Position numbers and translations under genes: made by a program. Positions 61,455-64,000 of a DNA stretch of 64,000 bases are shown piece after piece; positions within the stretch are counted from its first letter, which is position 1, and the number at the start of each line of letters is the position of its first letter. The notes beneath the pieces were generated by a model. That model had not been told where the DNA came from. It saw only the letters and a program-made list of their open reading frames with translations, and searched no databases. Location: IMG/VR virus record IMGVR_UViG_3300045988_092303, one strand, 5' to 3'. This DNA comes from a virus.

Positions 61455-61476
61455 TAGAATAAAACCTAGCCATTTC
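61455..61476. repeat. left copy of the 22-bp inverted repeat flanking the integrase gene
   Basis: TAGAATAAAACCTAGCCATTTC; part of terminator hairpin ATGGCTAG/CTAGCCAT (61450-61473). Confidence 0.85.
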
Positions 61477-61498
61477 TTTTAGAAAGGGATGGCCAAAT

Positions 61499-62845
61499 AT
61501 GAGTAAACTTAATGTTGCATATTTAAGAGTATCAACAGAATCTCAAACCGAAAAGTACGGACTTGATGTGCAAAGGCAGAAGATTCTGGACTACTGCGAA
61601 AGAAAGGGAGTGAAAATTGACAAGTGGTATATAGATGGTGGGTACAGCGGAAGCAAACTTGACCGGCCAGAAATAAAAGAGCTGCTTGACCATGCAGAAA
61701 AAGGGTTGATAGGAACGGTTTACATTTATAAGTTGGATAGAATGAGCCGAGATGTGATTGATACACTTAACCTATTTTATAAAATTCTTCCAAAATATGG
61801 CGTAAAAGTAGTTTCTATGACAGAAGATCTGCGGACAGATAACCCTATGGACAGGGTTATGCTGACTATGAATGCTGCTATGAACCAGTATGAACGAGAA
61901 GTAATACGTATGAGAATGACCGCCGGAATGATTGAACGTGTTAAAAAGGGATTCTGGATGGGTGGAGGACTCATCCCATGGGGTTACTATTATGACAGAA
62001 ACGATGGGATACTTCATGTAGATCAGAAAGAAGCTGAAATGGTCAGAAAAGCATTCAATATGTATTTAGACGGGTATTCATGCGAAAACATTGCGAAAAT
62101 TGTAGGTTTCAAGTCAGAAAAAATTGTTAGGGACATTCTAAAAAGAAAATCTAATATTGGAATGATAGAATACAAAGGAAAAGTGTATAAAGGAAAGCAT
62201 GAACCAATAATAGACGAAGCCACTTTTAATAGAGTGCAAGATTTAATGAGAAAAAGAACTACTAATTCGCATGTAAACCACGATAATTTATTAACCGGTC
62301 TTTGCTATTGCGGAGTTTGTGGTGCGAGGATGCGTTACCAAAAATGGGGGAATTATCATAAGATTGTATGTTATTCACAGTACAAAAATAAAGAATACAT
62401 GCAACGGTCCGACCACTGTTATAATCTTAAACCGTTTGCGTCAGATATTGAAGCGGAAGTCGAAGATTGCTTTAAGAGATTTCTGATAAATATTGATAAT
62501 CAAGATGAACCGCCCAAAAACCACAAAGAAGAGATAGAAGAATCTATAAAAAAATCATCCGCAAAAGTAAAACGATTGTACATGCTTTATGCGGATAATC
62601 CTAGTGATAATCTTTTGGAGGTAATAAAAGAGGAAGAAGATAAAATTTGCAGTTTAAAAAAACAATTGGAATTAGAAATTGAAAACGACAGGAGGTCTGA
62701 TACAGAAAAGATCGAGAAGATCAAACGGATGTCTGATGTATGGGATACATTGACAGTGCGGGACAAAAACCGTGTTTTAAAAGAGTGTATAGAGAGAATT
62801 ATCATTACAGGGAGCGATATAGAAATTCGCTTCATTACTTTATAA
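61499..62845 (+). CDS. large serine recombinase (integrase)
   Basis: N-terminal VAYLRVSTESQ catalytic domain, recombinase domain, zinc-ribbon (CYCGVCGARM...C) and C-terminal coiled coil; 448 aa. Confidence 0.9.
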   Translation: MSKLNVAYLRVSTESQTEKYGLDVQRQKILDYCERKGVKIDKWYIDGGYSGSKLDRPEIKELLDHAEKGLIGTVYIYKLDRMSRDVIDTLNLFYKILPKYGVKVVSMTEDLRTDNPMDRVMLTMNAAMNQYEREVIRMRMTAGMIERVKKGFWMGGGLIPWGYYYDRNDGILHVDQKEAEMVRKAFNMYLDGYSCENIAKIVGFKSEKIVRDILKRKSNIGMIEYKGKVYKGKHEPIIDEATFNRVQDLMRKRTTNSHVNHDNLLTGLCYCGVCGARMRYQKWGNYHKIVCYSQYKNKEYMQRSDHCYNLKPFASDIEAEVEDCFKRFLINIDNQDEPPKNHKEEIEESIKKSSAKVKRLYMLYADNPSDNLLEVIKEEEDKICSLKKQLELEIENDRRSDTEKIEKIKRMSDVWDTLTVRDKNRVLKECIERIIITGSDIEIRFITL

Positions 62846-62902
62846 TATATTCTCCCATATCTTACTATCGCGGGAGCGAACGTTAGAAAGGGGAGAAAAC
62901 CG

Positions 62903-62924
62903 GAAATGGCTAGGTTTTATTCTA
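62903..62924. repeat. right copy of the 22-bp inverted repeat flanking the integrase gene
   Basis: GAAATGGCTAGGTTTTATTCTA is the exact reverse complement of 61455-61476. Confidence 0.85.
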
Positions 62925-62960
62925 TTTTTACTGTTTACATATTGTTATTTTGAAGAGTTG

Positions 62961-62985
62961 AGACGGTTTTGCCGTCTTTTTTTAT
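62961..62985 (+). terminator. intrinsic terminator
   Basis: AGACGG-TTTTG-CCGTCT plus TTTTTTT. Confidence 0.65.
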
Positions 62986-63017
62986 GCCAGAATATAAGCA
63001 GAAGGAGGGAGAAAAGA

Positions 63018-63161
63018 ATGTTTTCAGATGAAATTTTAGAAAAGATTTTTGCCCGGAAAGAATTGCAGAGACTTGATCTACAGACACAATCAGAAGTCAT
63101 TCATGCAATAGAGGAAGTTTTAGAGGAGGTAAAGGAAGATGCCGGTTCCGTATCAGAATAA
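63018..63161 (+). CDS. small hypothetical protein
   Basis: GGAGGGAG RBS then ATG 63018. Confidence 0.4.
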   Translation: MFSDEILEKIFARKELQRLDLQTQSEVIHAIEEVLEEVKEDAGSVSE

Positions 63162-63660
63162 TATGTATCCACAGATGCCGTATGGCCAGCAACAGTACGG
63201 TGTAAATTCATATCTTCCGTATATGCAGCCAAGATTTCAGCAACCGGAAGTTCCAGTGCAGCAGGTTCAGCAACAGACTCAACCGGTGCAACAGATGCCA
63301 AGGGGACTTAACGGAATGGTCGTGCAGGCAATTGAAAACGTGACAGCTGATTGTGTGCCTATGGACGGATCAGCAGCTTTCTTTCCAAAACAGGACTTGT
63401 CAGAAATCTATGTTAAAAGTTGGTGCGCTGATGGAACAATACGCACATTGACCTATAAACCGGTTCAACTAAATACACCCAAAGAAGTACAGGCTGACGC
63501 AGATAAAATGGCTTCTGGACTCGCACAGAACGTCACAGAGGTATTTGAGAGACGCTTCAACGAACTTTCCGAAAAGATTGACCGGTTGGAACTGTCAATA
63601 GCCAGACCTGGAACAAAAGGAAGAACTGCCACAGTGAAAAAGGATGGTGAATCTGAATGA
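63139..63660 (+). CDS. Gln/Pro-rich hypothetical protein
   Basis: 173-aa ORF; low-complexity Q/P/Y N-terminus. Confidence 0.45.
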   Translation: MPVPYQNNMYPQMPYGQQQYGVNSYLPYMQPRFQQPEVPVQQVQQQTQPVQQMPRGLNGMVVQAIENVTADCVPMDGSAAFFPKQDLSEIYVKSWCADGTIRTLTYKPVQLNTPKEVQADADKMASGLAQNVTEVFERRFNELSEKIDRLELSIARPGTKGRTATVKKDGESE

Positions 63661-63887
63661 ATCCGATGAATTTAATGCAGATGTTTCAAAATCCACAGCA
63701 GTTTATGCAAAATATTATGGGTAACAGCCAAATCATGAGCAATCCAATGGTAAGAAATATAATGAATATGGCTCAAAGAGGAGATATACAAGGCATAGAG
63801 AAATTTGGAAGGAACATTGCAAAAGAAAAGGGAATTGATTTTGATAAAGCATTTGCTGAATTTAAAAACCAATTCCCCATAAAATAG
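63657..63887 (+). CDS. Met/Asn/Gln-rich small protein
   Basis: 76-aa coupled ORF. Confidence 0.4.
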   Translation: MNPMNLMQMFQNPQQFMQNIMGNSQIMSNPMVRNIMNMAQRGDIQGIEKFGRNIAKEKGIDFDKAFAEFKNQFPIK

Positions 63888-64000
63888 CTATTTGGACTTT
63901 GGAGCAAAAACTTTTTCTAGTGGCCATTTTTTTTGCAGGCGTTTGGATAAAGATTGATCGCTTATTCCGATTTCTGCGGCCCATTCATGAAGAGTCTTTG
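63888..64000 (-). CDS. 3' end of another HNH-like-family gene (partial, runs off the window)
   Basis: Minus-strand translation ...KTLHEWAAEIGISDQSLSKRLQKKWPLEKVFAPKSK* matches the C-terminal HTH of the 39513, 46684 and 58456 paralogs. Confidence 0.5.
   Translation of the reverse strand, partial: KTLHEWAAEIGISDQSLSKRLQKKWPLEKVFAPKSK

Noticed and set aside
1-64000. Diversity-generating retroelement or retron
   Set aside because: No reverse-transcriptase-like ORF (no YxDD motif protein) is present anywhere. No template/variable repeat pair was seen near the fibre genes.
1-64000. Stop-codon reassignment (TAG or TGA recoding) to explain the broken genes
   Set aside because: TAG, TGA and TAA all terminate well-supported genes (MazG, Com-like, XhlA-like and capsid, for example). 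The long late genes have no in-frame stops, and no suppressor tRNA is present. The MBL break needs a frame change, not a readthrough.

Overview
The window is almost entirely one temperate, siphovirus-type dsDNA phage or prophage of a low-GC Gram-positive (Bacillota/Clostridia-like) host. Nearly all genes are on the + strand. No clear host flank is visible.

Layout:
- 0-8.8 kb, accessory and packaging-recognition region. It holds two TATATAA-core repeat arrays around an RHH gene, a TerS-like gene behind a structured leader, and a divergent RHH plus small serine recombinase. It also holds MazG, five tRNAs plus one aberrant tRNA-like gene separated by long structured spacers, two tail-fibre-N-domain paralogs, and small ORFs.
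- 8.8-37.8 kb, structural module. Genes are TerL, portal, Mu-F-like, scaffold, capsid with a Big_2 domain, connectors, major tail, G/GT chaperone with a -1 slippery site, tape measure, and distal tail and fibre genes.
- This module is unusually interrupted. Interruptions are a sigma-like gene and a Com-like gene between TerL and portal, XhlA-like and holin genes among the connector genes, and an amidase and a collagen-like fibre between GT and the tape measure. There is also a group I intron carrying a GIY-YIG endonuclease inside the tape measure gene, and a 5.3-kb regulatory/replication island between the tape measure and the distal tail genes.
- 37.8-39.5 kb, lysogeny switch. It has two minus-strand HTH repressors and a LexA (Cheo) box over a promoter for a 36-aa ORF.
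- 39.5-61.4 kb, early region. It encodes an antirepressor, an SLT transglycosylase, a Rad50/SbcC-like ATPase, two DUF6273-like paralogs, RecT, and an MBL-fold gene broken inside its HxHxDH motif. It also encodes SSB, a hexapeptide-repeat protein, a PAPS-reductase-like protein, two DNA methyltransferases, DUF4406-like, Lar-like, ASCH-like, YopX, replication-loader proteins, and many homing-endonuclease-like genes.
- 61.5-62.8 kb, a large serine integrase bracketed by a perfect 22-bp inverted repeat.

All calls come from reading the sequence and translated motifs. No database search was run.
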